A stretch of DNA of 58,586 bases from Chloroflexota bacterium (GTDB lineage: Bacteria > Chloroflexota > Anaerolineae > Epilineales > SHYO01), in assembly GCA_009692745.1 (NCBI GenBank), contig SHYO01000003.1:1-58586 (forward strand). The letters run 5' to 3'. The notes under the pieces are model-generated. The model was not told the DNA's origin. It made no database searches and was given only the letters and a program-made list of their open reading frames with translations. Each line of letters opens with the position of its first letter. Within the stretch, counting starts at the first letter, position 1. A program made the position numbers and the translations under genes. Below, piece by piece: positions 49,253 through 58,586 of this stretch.

Positions 49253-50011
49253 TTACGGGCGTATCAGACCCGGCAATTCTTGTTTGACTTCATTCAGGCC
49301 GCGCTGGAAAAGAGACATGTCTGAGCCGACATTCATAAACTGAAATCCCTGGGCCGTGCGTTGGTGGACATTTTCTAGAGTTGGGCAGTAAATGCCCAGG
49401 GGCATACCGAGGCGTTTACAGATATCCACCAGGGATTGGATCGCTGCGGTGTGGCGATCGCTGGGCTGGCCGAAGGTGCCCATATCGAGAGCCAGATCAG
49501 TGGGACCGATGAAGCAGCAATCTATGCCCGGTACGGAGAGGATCTCTTCCGCTTTCCCAAGCGCCTGCACAGTTTCGATCATCACGGCCAGAAAAATTTC
49601 GGGATTGGCCGCCAAAAAATAATCTGAACCAAATTGCTGGAGTCGGCTCCCGCCGGCCGAGCGTGACCCTTGCGGCGGGTACCGGACGGACGCCACGGCC
49701 CGTTGCGCATCCTCGCGGGTGTTGACCATAGGAACCACCACCCCGAAGGCACCGGTGTCCAGCAACCGGCCAATCAGAGCCGGATCGTTTTCGGCAACCC
49801 GCGCCAGGGGCACGGTTTCCGTGTGGCTGAGGATTTGTAGCGTGCTCAGAATGGTTTCATTACTCCAATAGCCGTGTTGGGTGTCGATTAATGCCCAATC
49901 CAAACCTGCATGAGCCGCTTCTTCCGCCAGGAGGGTAGAGCCGGTTCCCAGCCACAAACCGTAAGTGGGTTGGCCCGCCCGGAGTTTTGCCAGAACAGCA
50001 TTCTTTCGCAT
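49253..50011 (-). CDS. HpcH/HpaI family class II pyruvate aldolase
   Basis: D.QHG, ARV, LD.GA..V.PMV, RYPP.G.R, MIET, FIGPTDL. Start revised to ATG 50011. Confidence 0.92.
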   Translation of the reverse strand: MRKNAVLAKLRAGQPTYGLWLGTGSTLLAEEAAHAGLDWALIDTQHGYWSNETILSTLQILSHTETVPLARVAENDPALIGRLLDTGAFGVVVPMVNTREDAQRAVASVRYPPQGSRSAGGSRLQQFGSDYFLAANPEIFLAVMIETVQALGKAEEILSVPGIDCCFIGPTDLALDMGTFGQPSDRHTAAIQSLVDICKRLGMPLGIYCPTLENVHQRTAQGFQFMNVGSDMSLFQRGLNEVKQELPGLIRP

Positions 50012-50136
50012 GATGATCCTTTCTTGGGAGAGGTGGACGAATTGCTGAAGTATACCTTGTCGAGTACTCTCGATATGTGCCGGTGTCAGTACGATGTTCA
50101 AGTCGCGAGTTGGCGATTTGAGAGATATTATACACG

Positions 50137-51303
50137 CTATTTAGCGAGCGGGGTAATCTTGTGCAGGGCCGCTACTAGCGCGGCAATCTCCTCCGGGGTG
50201 TTGATGGCGTGAATGCAGAGGCGGACCATGACAGTGTCGCGTTCGAGGCCACCGGCTAGAATCTTATGCTGCTCGTACAGGTGTTTGCAGATTTCGGCGC
50301 TGGTCAGGCCTGCGATCTGGAAGGTGACGATGCCGGAGGACTGGGAGTAGGGCTCCGGCGTCAGGATAGTCAGGCCGGGAATCTGGGAAAGAGAGCGCTT
50401 GGCCAGGGAGGTGAGATCGGCAACAGTTTCGAAGATCTGGGACCAGCCGACTGCGCTGAGCATGTCTATGGCCTTCTCCCAACCGGCTATGGTGGCGATA
50501 TCGTGGGTGCCGAATTCAAAGCGCCGGGCCGAGTCGAGCAGCTCATAGTTGCCTGCGGCATCGAAGGACTTTTGAGAGTGGGAGCCGATCCAGGAGGGCT
50601 GAAGGAATTCCAACCGGCTGCGCTTGACATAAAAACCGCCGGTGCCTTTAGGACCGAGGGACCATTTGTGGCCTGAGAAGGTGTAGAAATCGGCATCGAT
50701 CTGGCGCATATCGAGGGGGATGGCGCCGAAGGATTGGGCGCCGTCCAGCAACAGGAGCGCTCCATAGTGGTGGACCAGGTCACTGATACGGCGGGCGGGC
50801 AAGCGGATGCCGGTGCGGCGCGAGACATGGCTGAGGCTCACCACGCGCGGCGGATGGGCCGAGAGCAGGGCTGTCAGATCCTGGAGTAATTTTCCCTCGT
50901 CATTCTGGATCTTAAGCCAGCGAATCTGAATGCCATAACGACGTACCAGGTTGTACCAGGTGAGCAGATTGCCTGGGTGTTCGTGGTCACTGAGGACAAC
51001 CACGTCACCGGGCTGCCAATTAAATCCCCAGGCGACAATGTTGATGCCGATGGTGGTGTTGGTGTTTAACATGATCTCGGCAGGATCGGCATGGATGATT
51101 TCTGCTAATTTGTCGATGAGGCGCGGTTCCAGGGCGGATATCTCTTCAGAGAATCTGGGATCGGCTGGCCCCTGGTTTTGAAGGTTGAGCCAGCGGACCA
51201 TGGTGTCAATGACAGGCTGGGGTGAAGGGGCAATGCCGCCAACTTGAAAGTAGCTGCTTTGTTTTAGGGCCGGAATTAAGTCTCTGAGTTCTTGGAGGGT
51301 CAT
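50137..51303 (-). CDS. Class V PLP enzyme (cystine lyase/EgtE/CefD-like rather than NifS/SufS)
   Basis: EH, DGAQS, FSGHKW..GP.GTG, FEFGT; lacks the C-terminal persulfide Cys loop. Confidence 0.85.
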   Translation of the reverse strand: MTLQELRDLIPALKQSSYFQVGGIAPSPQPVIDTMVRWLNLQNQGPADPRFSEEISALEPRLIDKLAEIIHADPAEIMLNTNTTIGINIVAWGFNWQPGDVVVLSDHEHPGNLLTWYNLVRRYGIQIRWLKIQNDEGKLLQDLTALLSAHPPRVVSLSHVSRRTGIRLPARRISDLVHHYGALLLLDGAQSFGAIPLDMRQIDADFYTFSGHKWSLGPKGTGGFYVKRSRLEFLQPSWIGSHSQKSFDAAGNYELLDSARRFEFGTHDIATIAGWEKAIDMLSAVGWSQIFETVADLTSLAKRSLSQIPGLTILTPEPYSQSSGIVTFQIAGLTSAEICKHLYEQHKILAGGLERDTVMVRLCIHAINTPEEIAALVAALHKITPLAK

Positions 51304-53489
51304 ATGACTCCTGCTTTGGTAAGAGTGAGCTGGGTGGTTTCATAGTGGGCGGTGGAACCTGCCAGGGTACAGGTAATCTGACCCCGCGGGTTGGCATCGA
51401 TGGTTTGGGAGATCTCCAGAGCCGCCATCTGTTGTTTGAGATAGTAGGTTTGGGAGGGAGTCAGATTTTCAATGAGCAGAGTTTGTTGGCCGATGGTGCG
51501 GACATTTACCAGTAAACTATCTTGAGCCGGTTGGTAGAGAGCTGCCAGGATATCTATGCCTTTATGCCCTGGCTGGCGGATCAGAGGGTAGCTTGCCGCT
51601 TCCGCGGTAATATTACACTGAACCATCTGCCCGGGGGTCAGCGGTGGCAGGGTAACGAGCCGGCCGTCCACGACATGTGCCAGCCAGCCGAGCTCAGTGC
51701 GTACCTGCCACATAGCAGCAGGTAGTTGAGGCGCCGGTAGCTGGAGCATGAAACCCTCGATGGAGCGCGGCGAGGGGTTAAGGACCTGCACGCAATGGGG
51801 ATCGATGACGCGGATCTTCAGATCCTGATAGTCACACATGTGCCGGTAGAGCGTCACTTTGTTGGCTATCCAGTATTGCAGGCGGTCAGCCAGGGCGATA
51901 GCATACGCCAGATAGGACAAAGTACCCTTGCCACGGTTATAGGCTGGGTCGCGGGTGAAGAGCGGGTGGTACTGGAGCGTGTAGACACCGTTCTCCAGGC
52001 GATCCTCATCACTGGGCCGACGGCTGTGATGGCTATAGTACACGGTCTCAATCAGCTCGTAATTGCAATCATATTCGTGCGTCAGATCCCAACCGCGCAG
52101 GATTTTGTATTCTTCCTTGGTACTGACTACGGCATGGAAGGGAAACCAGAAGCCCTGGGTAGCAATGGTGGCGTGGGTATCCGTCATATAAGTGAGAGGA
52201 TGGCCGGCGTAGGTTATTTCAGGGTGACGTACGCCGTATTCCACCATAGCATAGAAGCAGAAAGTGCATAATCCCTCGATTTCAGGCGCCTGGGCGTACA
52301 AATAATCCATAGCATCGATAGTCTCGGGATGGAGATGGCAGGCGCCGTGGCGTCCTCCGGTTTGGAAGGACAGCCCAAGATGCCGGCCCGAGGATTGGAA
52401 ATGGTCGTAGAGGCCGGTGCCATACAGATAGCGCGATGGGTCGCCAGTGTGCATACTGTCGTTGTGCAGGCCGGCTTCCAGGAAATCGACTTTGCCGGTT
52501 TCGCGCAGCCATATCTCAGCCTGCTCTGGGGTGGCATCTCCCGGAGATACCTGGGGATCGATGATATCCCAGGTGGCGGGGGTAGCGGTGGCCGCTTCCA
52601 GCGCAAGCATACCAACATCGGCGGAGGTGTCTACGTCGTGGCGCAGGGAGAGCACCCCACGGTAAGCGCCAAACGGTTTGAGCTGGATATCCCATAGACG
52701 GGACCAGGGCGTCTGCAGCAGGATGCCTTTGAAGAAATAGGCCAGGGTATCGCCCCAATGAGTGGGGTGGTGCCAATGGCGGATAGCTTCCACGTTAAGA
52801 TGCGCCTGCAAAGTCCCAGCGAGGAATTCGAAGAATTGGTTGGTAAAGGTGACGACCCGCTCGCTGACGACGATGCCGGCGCCGATGCGGCGCTTTTGAG
52901 CGGTGGCAGCGCTGTTTAAATCGCCGCTGAACTCCCACAGTTCTGCCAGGACGTGGCCGGTAGATGCTGCTTCGGCGGCATAGGCGCGGTGGCCGCTGTA
53001 GGCGGAGATATAGTAGGGTTCCCAGATATGCGTATCAGGGTAAGGGGAATCGTCAGTCCATTTCCAGCCGGTGAAGCCGGCTGGTGTGATGGGTGTCAGC
53101 GATCTGAGACCCAATAAGGCCGGAGGCAGGTTGGTTTTGCCAGTTACCAGCAGATGATGGTCCGGTTGGGCCAGCCAGGCGCTGAGCGTGGCGATGGTTT
53201 CCTGTTCCATGTGACCGGCGTTGGGGATGAGCAGGAATTGATAGGCAGATAACTTATCAGCAAGCTGAGGCGATTCGGTAATGAGATCGTGCTTGATCGC
53301 ATGGCGATGCAGCATGACCGAAGCGCCGTTGGGGGCCAGGTAGGCATATTCGCCTTTGAGCCAGGTACGGTCATCCCCCCAGGCGCTACGGAAAGTATAG
53401 ATGGCGCCGCAGGCTTCAGCCTGGTGGATATAGGCGGCGCGGGAAGAGGGGCTGAAGAGAATGGCTACATTTTGCATTATGGCATACAT
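51300..53489 (-). CDS. Hypothetical 729-aa protein with central NodB/polysaccharide-deacetylase-like motifs
   Basis: Long ORF coupled to the next gene by ATGA overlap; motifs LRHDVD, GLH....H, GGRH, LQYHP. Confidence 0.7.
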   Translation of the reverse strand: MYAIMQNVAILFSPSSRAAYIHQAEACGAIYTFRSAWGDDRTWLKGEYAYLAPNGASVMLHRHAIKHDLITESPQLADKLSAYQFLLIPNAGHMEQETIATLSAWLAQPDHHLLVTGKTNLPPALLGLRSLTPITPAGFTGWKWTDDSPYPDTHIWEPYYISAYSGHRAYAAEAASTGHVLAELWEFSGDLNSAATAQKRRIGAGIVVSERVVTFTNQFFEFLAGTLQAHLNVEAIRHWHHPTHWGDTLAYFFKGILLQTPWSRLWDIQLKPFGAYRGVLSLRHDVDTSADVGMLALEAATATPATWDIIDPQVSPGDATPEQAEIWLRETGKVDFLEAGLHNDSMHTGDPSRYLYGTGLYDHFQSSGRHLGLSFQTGGRHGACHLHPETIDAMDYLYAQAPEIEGLCTFCFYAMVEYGVRHPEITYAGHPLTYMTDTHATIATQGFWFPFHAVVSTKEEYKILRGWDLTHEYDCNYELIETVYYSHHSRRPSDEDRLENGVYTLQYHPLFTRDPAYNRGKGTLSYLAYAIALADRLQYWIANKVTLYRHMCDYQDLKIRVIDPHCVQVLNPSPRSIEGFMLQLPAPQLPAAMWQVRTELGWLAHVVDGRLVTLPPLTPGQMVQCNITAEAASYPLIRQPGHKGIDILAALYQPAQDSLLVNVRTIGQQTLLIENLTPSQTYYLKQQMAALEISQTIDANPRGQITCTLAGSTAHYETTQLTLTKAGVI

Positions 53490-53495
53490 ACACTT

Positions 53496-54436
53496 TCAAT
53501 ATCCGGCGCGCTGGATGCGCTGCAGGCCGGAAATGAGGCAATCCATATCTTCCGCGGTATTGAATACATGGGCAGAGATACGGATGCTATTCGTGTCAAT
53601 GGGTGATAAGACGATTCGTTCTTTCTCAAGCAGGCTGGCGGTCAATTGGCGTGCTTCTTTGCCTGGTATATAGGCTGTAACTATACCGGAAGATCGGTCA
53701 TAAGGCAAAGGGGTCTCGATTTCCAGTCCTGGTACTGCCTGGAGCGCCTGCTTCATCTGATCGGTGTAGGCAGCGATCTGGGCAAAGATCCGATCCCAGC
53801 CGATGGATTCCCAGATTTCCAGGGCCTTGCCGAGGCCGGCATGGTCGGCCAAGTTGCGGGTACCAAATTCAAAGCGCTTGGCGCCATCGTGCAGAGTCAT
53901 ATGCCCGAAGTCATCCATGTCGGCCTGAGAATGGGACCCAATCCAACTGGGCTTAAGCCAGGCCAACCGATCCTTGCGGACGTAAAAGCCGCCGGTGCCC
54001 TGCCCAACCCGGTTGGGCGCGGCGCCATGATATATTTATGACCGCTGAAGGTGTAGAAGTCGCAATCAAGAACCTTTACATCGACCGGGATAGCGCCGAA
54101 TGCCTGGGCGCCGTCGAAGAGGACGGGTACGCCGTGCTGGTGGGCTAACCGGCTGATATCAACAGCCGGGAAGCGCATGCCCGTGCGACGGGAAACGTGG
54201 CTGATGCTGATCACGCGGGTGCGGTCGTCTATCAGCCGTTTAATGGTCTCGAGTAGCTGCTGCTCATCGGCGCCGACGGCGGGGCCCTGGTTCTGGAAGT
54301 TCATCCAGCGCACGGCTTCGGCGATGACCGGCTCGGGTTTGGGGGCCATGCCGCTGGTTTCAAAATAGACATAATTTTGGGCGGCGCTGGTGAGACGCCG
54401 GATATCGGTAAAGGTAAGGTTTGGGGGCTGCGTCAT
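53496..54436 (-). pseudogene. Class V PLP enzyme paralog, inactivated by an internal deletion and a 17-bp insertion
   Basis: Collinear with 50137-51303 but lacks ~84 aa after QNQGPA. Frameshift after HKYIMAP; removing 17 nt restores APQGTGGFYVRKDRLAWLKPSWIGSHSQ. Confidence 0.9.
54002..54018. repeat. 17-bp mini inverted repeat, copy 2 (frameshifting insertion)
   Basis: GCCCAACC-C-GGTTGGGC; exactly the extra sequence relative to the restored reading frame. Confidence 0.9.
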
Positions 54437-54482
54437 TTTTCCTCTTGAAGTCTAATACCCATCGCAGGGACGGGGACCATTG

Positions 54483-54514
54483 TGCAGAGAGGGGCGGCAT
54501 GGCCCCTCTCTGCA
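54483..54514 (-). terminator. 13-bp stem after the substrate-binding protein gene
   Basis: TGCAGAGAGGGGC-6 nt-GCCCCTCTCTGCA; no U tract, so it may be a stabiliser. Confidence 0.55.
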
Positions 54515-54547
54515 GAAAATCAGGTATACGGAAGCTCTGTCGTATTT

Positions 54548-56431
54548 CTAGATCTTGATGGCAGGGCGGTCCTTGGTGATATACATATTGTAGTGCGTGA
54601 GGCCCAGCTTATTACCCCGGAAGGACTGCACACCGAGCTTGCTGGGTTCCAGCGACTTGCCCTTCAGATACGGCCGCCAGAATTGGACTGTCTGAGGCCA
54701 GAAGAGAAAGATGGCGCCGGCTTCATCGACCAGAATTTTCTCGGCCTGCTGGTAGAGCTTGATGCGGTCCTCTTTCGAGCCGACAAAGTGGTCGGCTTTA
54801 TCGATGAGGGCATCGTAGTCCTTGTTGGAATAGTCGTAGTTGCCGGTTTTCCACAGGTCGAGCAAGTTGCTGGGATCGAAATAGTCAAACTGATATTGTT
54901 GGAAAGTGAAAGGATAGACGTGCTTGGCTTTTTCGGCGTAAAAGACCTTGATCTCGCCGGTATTCAGTTCCGTATCGATACCCAGGTTTTTCTTGATCTG
55001 CGCCTGGACGCCTTCGATCCAACCCTTGCGCAGGGCGTTGAGGGGGCTCCAGGTGTAGAGGGTGATTTTGGGCAGGCCCTTGCCTTCGAGGAAACCAGCG
55101 TCGGCCAGCAGCTTCTTAGCCCCGGCCGGATCAAATTTATTGGTGTCATCATCCTTGAGAGCTGGATTGTGCGCCGGGAAGCCCGGCGGCAACATGCTGA
55201 AGGCCGGCACACTGAGGTCGCGGCCAATCGAACCAGCCAGGGCGTTCTTATCGATAGATTTAGCGATAGCCTGGCGCACCTTGGTGTTGGTGAAGGGATC
55301 CATCTGGTTATTGAACATCAGGAAGTAAGCGCCGTAGTCTACGTAGGAATGGACACCCCACCTCGCCGGATCGGACTTGGCTTTGGCGATATCGGCGGGG
55401 GTGATGTTGCCGCCCTCATAGGCAGTGGCGTCAATCTCTCCCGCTTCGTAGGCCGGTTGAACCGATTCCGGCGAGCCGACTTTGATGATGATAGTCTTAA
55501 TGAAGGGCTTGAGCACGCCCTTATAATTGGGGTTGGCTTCGAAGACGATCTGCTTACCCTTTTCCCAGGAGGCTAGCTTCCAGGGACCGGAGGCCACAGC
55601 GGTCTTGGGGTCGGTTGACCAGTTGGGGCTACCATCGGTGGTTTTGATAACGTGTTGCGGTGAAATGGTGACCATCAGCGTCTTGTCCGGAAAGTAGGGA
55701 GCCGGCGCATTCATGACGGCCTGGAAGGTATAGTCATCGACAGCCTTGACACCCAGGTCGCTCATAGGAGCTTTGCCGCTGTTGACTTCCTTGAAGTTCT
55801 TGATATCGGCGAAGAACCAGGCCCAGTCGAAGGCCACCTTGGGATCGGCCATACGCTGGTAGGTGAACTCTACATCTTTGGCGGTCAGGGGAACCCCATC
55901 ACTCCATTCCAGCCCTTTGCGGATCTTGAAAGTCCAGGTGAGGCCATCGGATTCCAGGTTCCAGCTTTCAGCAATAACCGGGACAAGCTCGTTATCTTCG
56001 TTGAGTTTAACCAGCGGTTCGGTGTAATAGAAGGGATAGATGCTACCGCTGCCGCTGACGCTGGCCGCCCGCTCCATATGTTGCGGTTCGGCGCCGGTAA
56101 TCATACAGCGGTAGATCTGCTGGTCATAGGGGGCGGCATCGGCAGGGAGAGCCAGTCCCAAGATGGTTTTATCGGAGCCGGTGGCGGCCGCCGCGGCTTT
56201 GGTGGGCGCGGCGGTGGGAGCTGCGGCGGGAGCCTGGGTCGGTACTGTAGTGGCAGCCGCGGCAGGTGGCGGAGCCTGGGTGGCAGCCGCCTTGGGAGCC
56301 TCGGTTGGTGTAGCCTGGGCGCCGCAGGCTTGAAGGAATAACCCGACTCCAGCCACGCCTGTAATGGTCAGTGTATTTTGCAGGAAATTCCGTCGCGAAA
56401 TCTTTGCAGTGTACTGCACTACTCTACTCAT
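54548..56431 (-). CDS. Peptide/oligo ABC transporter substrate-binding lipoprotein (family 5, OppA-like), Tat-exported
   Basis: SRRNFL twin-Arg, lipobox LQAC, Ala/Pro/Thr linker, AESW..DG.TWTF..R.G..WSDG.P.TA.D signature. Confidence 0.93.
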   Translation of the reverse strand: MSRVVQYTAKISRRNFLQNTLTITGVAGVGLFLQACGAQATPTEAPKAAATQAPPPAAAATTVPTQAPAAAPTAAPTKAAAAATGSDKTILGLALPADAAPYDQQIYRCMITGAEPQHMERAASVSGSGSIYPFYYTEPLVKLNEDNELVPVIAESWNLESDGLTWTFKIRKGLEWSDGVPLTAKDVEFTYQRMADPKVAFDWAWFFADIKNFKEVNSGKAPMSDLGVKAVDDYTFQAVMNAPAPYFPDKTLMVTISPQHVIKTTDGSPNWSTDPKTAVASGPWKLASWEKGKQIVFEANPNYKGVLKPFIKTIIIKVGSPESVQPAYEAGEIDATAYEGGNITPADIAKAKSDPARWGVHSYVDYGAYFLMFNNQMDPFTNTKVRQAIAKSIDKNALAGSIGRDLSVPAFSMLPPGFPAHNPALKDDDTNKFDPAGAKKLLADAGFLEGKGLPKITLYTWSPLNALRKGWIEGVQAQIKKNLGIDTELNTGEIKVFYAEKAKHVYPFTFQQYQFDYFDPSNLLDLWKTGNYDYSNKDYDALIDKADHFVGSKEDRIKLYQQAEKILVDEAGAIFLFWPQTVQFWRPYLKGKSLEPSKLGVQSFRGNKLGLTHYNMYITKDRPAIKI

Positions 56432-56517
56432 GTTCTTCTCCTTAATCGATTGTTGAGATTGAAAGTCAACTTCTTTTGCCCTAAGAAACTAATTCCAGCT
56501 AAATCCCCCGTTTGACC

Positions 56518-57414
56518 TTAGCGGCTGTCGCGGGGATCCAAAGCATCGCGTAAGCCGTCACCGGCCCAGGTGAACCCTAACATCATCAGGGCGATTGCCA
56601 GGGCTGGAAAGACGGTCATATACCAGTAGTAGCTCAGGTATTGGACGCTTTCGCCCACCATCTGCCCCCAACTGGGTATGGGGGGGTTGATACCTAATCC
56701 CAAAAAGCTTAAGCCCGCTTCACTGAATATAGCGCCGGGGATACCCAGGGTCAACCCCACAATTAAGGGGGAGAGGGCGTTGGGCAGCATATGGGTGACG
56801 ATGATGCGCCCGGAGCTGGCGCCCATAGCCTGGGCCGCGATGACGTATTCCGATTGCCGTAGTTGCAGCAACTGGGCGCGGGTCATACGGCAGCCTTCGA
56901 TCCAGCGGGTGAGGCTGATGGCGAGTAGCACCTGCCACACGCCAGGTCCTAAAACGGACATCACCAAAATGGCAAAGAGCAGGGAAGGGAAGGCCGACAT
57001 GGCATCTACGAAGCGCATAATGAAATAGTCAGCCTGGCCGCCACGGAAGCCGGCAATGGCGCCCAAAGGGATGCCAACGGCATAGGCCAGCGCCTGGCTC
57101 ACCAGGCCGACGAGCAGGGAAATGCGGGCGCCGTAGAGTACCCGGTTCCAGATTTCGCGGCCTAGACCATCGGTGCCCATGAGATGTTGGGGACTGGGGA
57201 ACAGGTAGGCATCAGCATATACCTGGTTATTGTATCCCCCGAAGGAGATCAGAGGGGCGGCAATGGCGCCCAAGGTGATCAATAGAAGGACACCAAAGCC
57301 GATGAGAGCCAACCGGTTTTTCTTAAAGCGGCGCCAGGCATCTTGATATAGGCCGCGTTGAGCAGGGGGTTTTTCGGTGAAGATCGTTTCTTGGGCAGTC
57401 TGTACGATAGTCAT
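56518..57414 (-). CDS. oppC: Peptide ABC transporter permease (OppC/DppC-like)
   Basis: H.MGTD.LGR, GARISL, EYVIAA.AMGAS, EAGLSFLGLG, GDGLRDALDPR. Confidence 0.9.
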   Translation of the reverse strand: MTIVQTAQETIFTEKPPAQRGLYQDAWRRFKKNRLALIGFGVLLLITLGAIAAPLISFGGYNNQVYADAYLFPSPQHLMGTDGLGREIWNRVLYGARISLLVGLVSQALAYAVGIPLGAIAGFRGGQADYFIMRFVDAMSAFPSLLFAILVMSVLGPGVWQVLLAISLTRWIEGCRMTRAQLLQLRQSEYVIAAQAMGASSGRIIVTHMLPNALSPLIVGLTLGIPGAIFSEAGLSFLGLGINPPIPSWGQMVGESVQYLSYYWYMTVFPALAIALMMLGFTWAGDGLRDALDPRDSR

Positions 57415-58343
57415 ACGCTTTGCTCTTTGAAGTCGATGCGTGGATCAACCGCGACATAGAGAAGATCGGTGATGAGATAGGAGACGGCGACCAGGGCAGC
57501 ATAGAAGAGGGTGACTCCCATAATCATGGGATAATCGCGGAAGGAGACGCTCTGGGTGAAGAATTTGCCGATACCCGGAATACGGAACATGCTTTCGACG
57601 AAGATAGAGCCGGTGGTCAGAGCGGCTGCCATGGGGCCCATAATGGTTAACATGGGTATAAGGGAATTCTTCAGGATATGTTGAGTGATGACGGTGGATT
57701 CTTTCAGACCCTTGGCTCGGGCAGTACGCACATAATCGCTACGCATGACATCGATAACTGCGGTACGGGTGTAGCGCGCGGTGATCGCCAGGGGAGACAT
57801 GGCAAAGGTGATGACAGGCAAAACCCAATATTGGGGTCCTTCCCACCCCCCAGGTGGGAAGAGTTTGAGGTTCAGGCTGAAGATCCAGATCATAAAAACG
57901 GCCAGCACAAAATTGGGGGTCACGAATCCCATGGTGGCCAAAGCCGTGGTTAGTTGGTCAATCCAGGAATTTTGTTTTAGGGCAGCGATGACGCCCAAGG
58001 GGATGCCGAGGGTAAAGGCCACCACCACAGCCATAAGACCCAATTGGGCGCTGACAGGCCAGGAACGGCCGATGAGGCCAGCGACGGTTTCTGTGGGAGC
58101 CTGGTAGGGAATGCCCATATCGCCTTGCAAGAGGTTGATCCAATAGGTGACGTACTGTTCAGGTAAGGAACGGTCGAGGCCATATTTGCGCAAGATGTTC
58201 TGTTTAACTTCGGGCGGCAAGGCCTTCTTTTTCTCATCCCAGGGACCGCCGGGGATGGCATGCATGATGAAGAAGGTAATGGTGCCGATGAGCCAGAGGA
58301 CACCAATGATACCGATTAACCGCATAATGATATATCTAATCAT
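57411..58343 (-). CDS. oppB: Peptide ABC transporter permease (OppB/DppB-like)
   Basis: PGGP, YGLD, DYVRTARAKGL, F.IPG.G, RDYP, D.LY..VDPRI. Confidence 0.9.
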   Translation of the reverse strand: MIRYIIMRLIGIIGVLWLIGTITFFIMHAIPGGPWDEKKKALPPEVKQNILRKYGLDRSLPEQYVTYWINLLQGDMGIPYQAPTETVAGLIGRSWPVSAQLGLMAVVVAFTLGIPLGVIAALKQNSWIDQLTTALATMGFVTPNFVLAVFMIWIFSLNLKLFPPGGWEGPQYWVLPVITFAMSPLAITARYTRTAVIDVMRSDYVRTARAKGLKESTVITQHILKNSLIPMLTIMGPMAAALTTGSIFVESMFRIPGIGKFFTQSVSFRDYPMIMGVTLFYAALVAVSYLITDLLYVAVDPRIDFKEQSV

Positions 58344-58443
58344 AGGTTTTCATTTTGCCGCAGGTGAGGATGCCAGGTTTGCGGAGATCAAAGTCATGAT
58401 CAGATGCGCTGCCTGCTCATGCCCTTCCTGAATTTCTTTCTAG

Positions 58444-58586
58444 CTACCTGACAGTTTAAGAAAAAGAGTTGATCGACCCGGGAAACCTGGTAAAGTTAGG
58501 TTTGACCAACCACTTAACCAGGAGGTACCGATGTCGATCAACCGTCTTTATCATATGTGGCTTGGGCGATTGGAGCAACTGCAGAC
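58444..58586 (+). mobile_element. Probable left end of an IS4-like insertion sequence with transposase start (partial ORF from 58531)
   Basis: CTAG then CTACCTGACAGTTT (candidate TIR), AGGAGG plus ATG 58531 reading MSINRLYHMWLGRLEQLQ. Recalled resemblance to IS4-family transposase N-termini; only 18 codons visible. Confidence 0.55.

Noticed and set aside
54482-55576. 364-aa plus-strand ORF
   Set aside because: Antisense shadow of the OppA-like gene, expected from codon bias.

Overview
A GC-rich bacterial chromosomal segment, probably Chloroflexota/Anaerolineae (inferred from protein styles, not proven). Most of it is housekeeping: rpmH-rnpA-yidD-yidC-jag-pfkB-parA-parB (no dnaA next to it), rpsO-pnp, dprA-manC-topA-xerC-pepP, acnA, S1-rpsU-ftsK-infA, queG, a TrmH methylase and three tandem M42 aminopeptidases. 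Two catabolic clusters have unknown substrates. The first has paired enolase-superfamily enzymes, an SDR, a DapA-like enzyme and a cyclase. The second has an Opp-type ABC transporter, two class V PLP enzymes, a 729-aa orphan with deacetylase-like motifs, an HpcH aldolase, a Gfo/Idh/MocA enzyme, a class IV aminotransferase and an MLE-type enolase. The most notable signals are not in the ORF track: (1) a 17-bp hairpin GCCCAACC-G-GGTTGGGC that frameshifts one gene and recurs identically 33 kb away; (2) a 110-bp MITE with an 8-bp target duplication splitting an M42 gene; (3) a perfect, loopless 50-bp palindrome between rpsO and pnp; (4) a promoter-to-terminator ~280-nt candidate ncRNA upstream of the S1 gene; (5) candidate S15 and pnp leader structures; (6) several gene remnants at the left end; (7) the probable left end of an IS4-like element at the right edge. 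No rRNA, tRNA or CRISPR array was seen. All family calls come from motif recognition by eye, without database searches.
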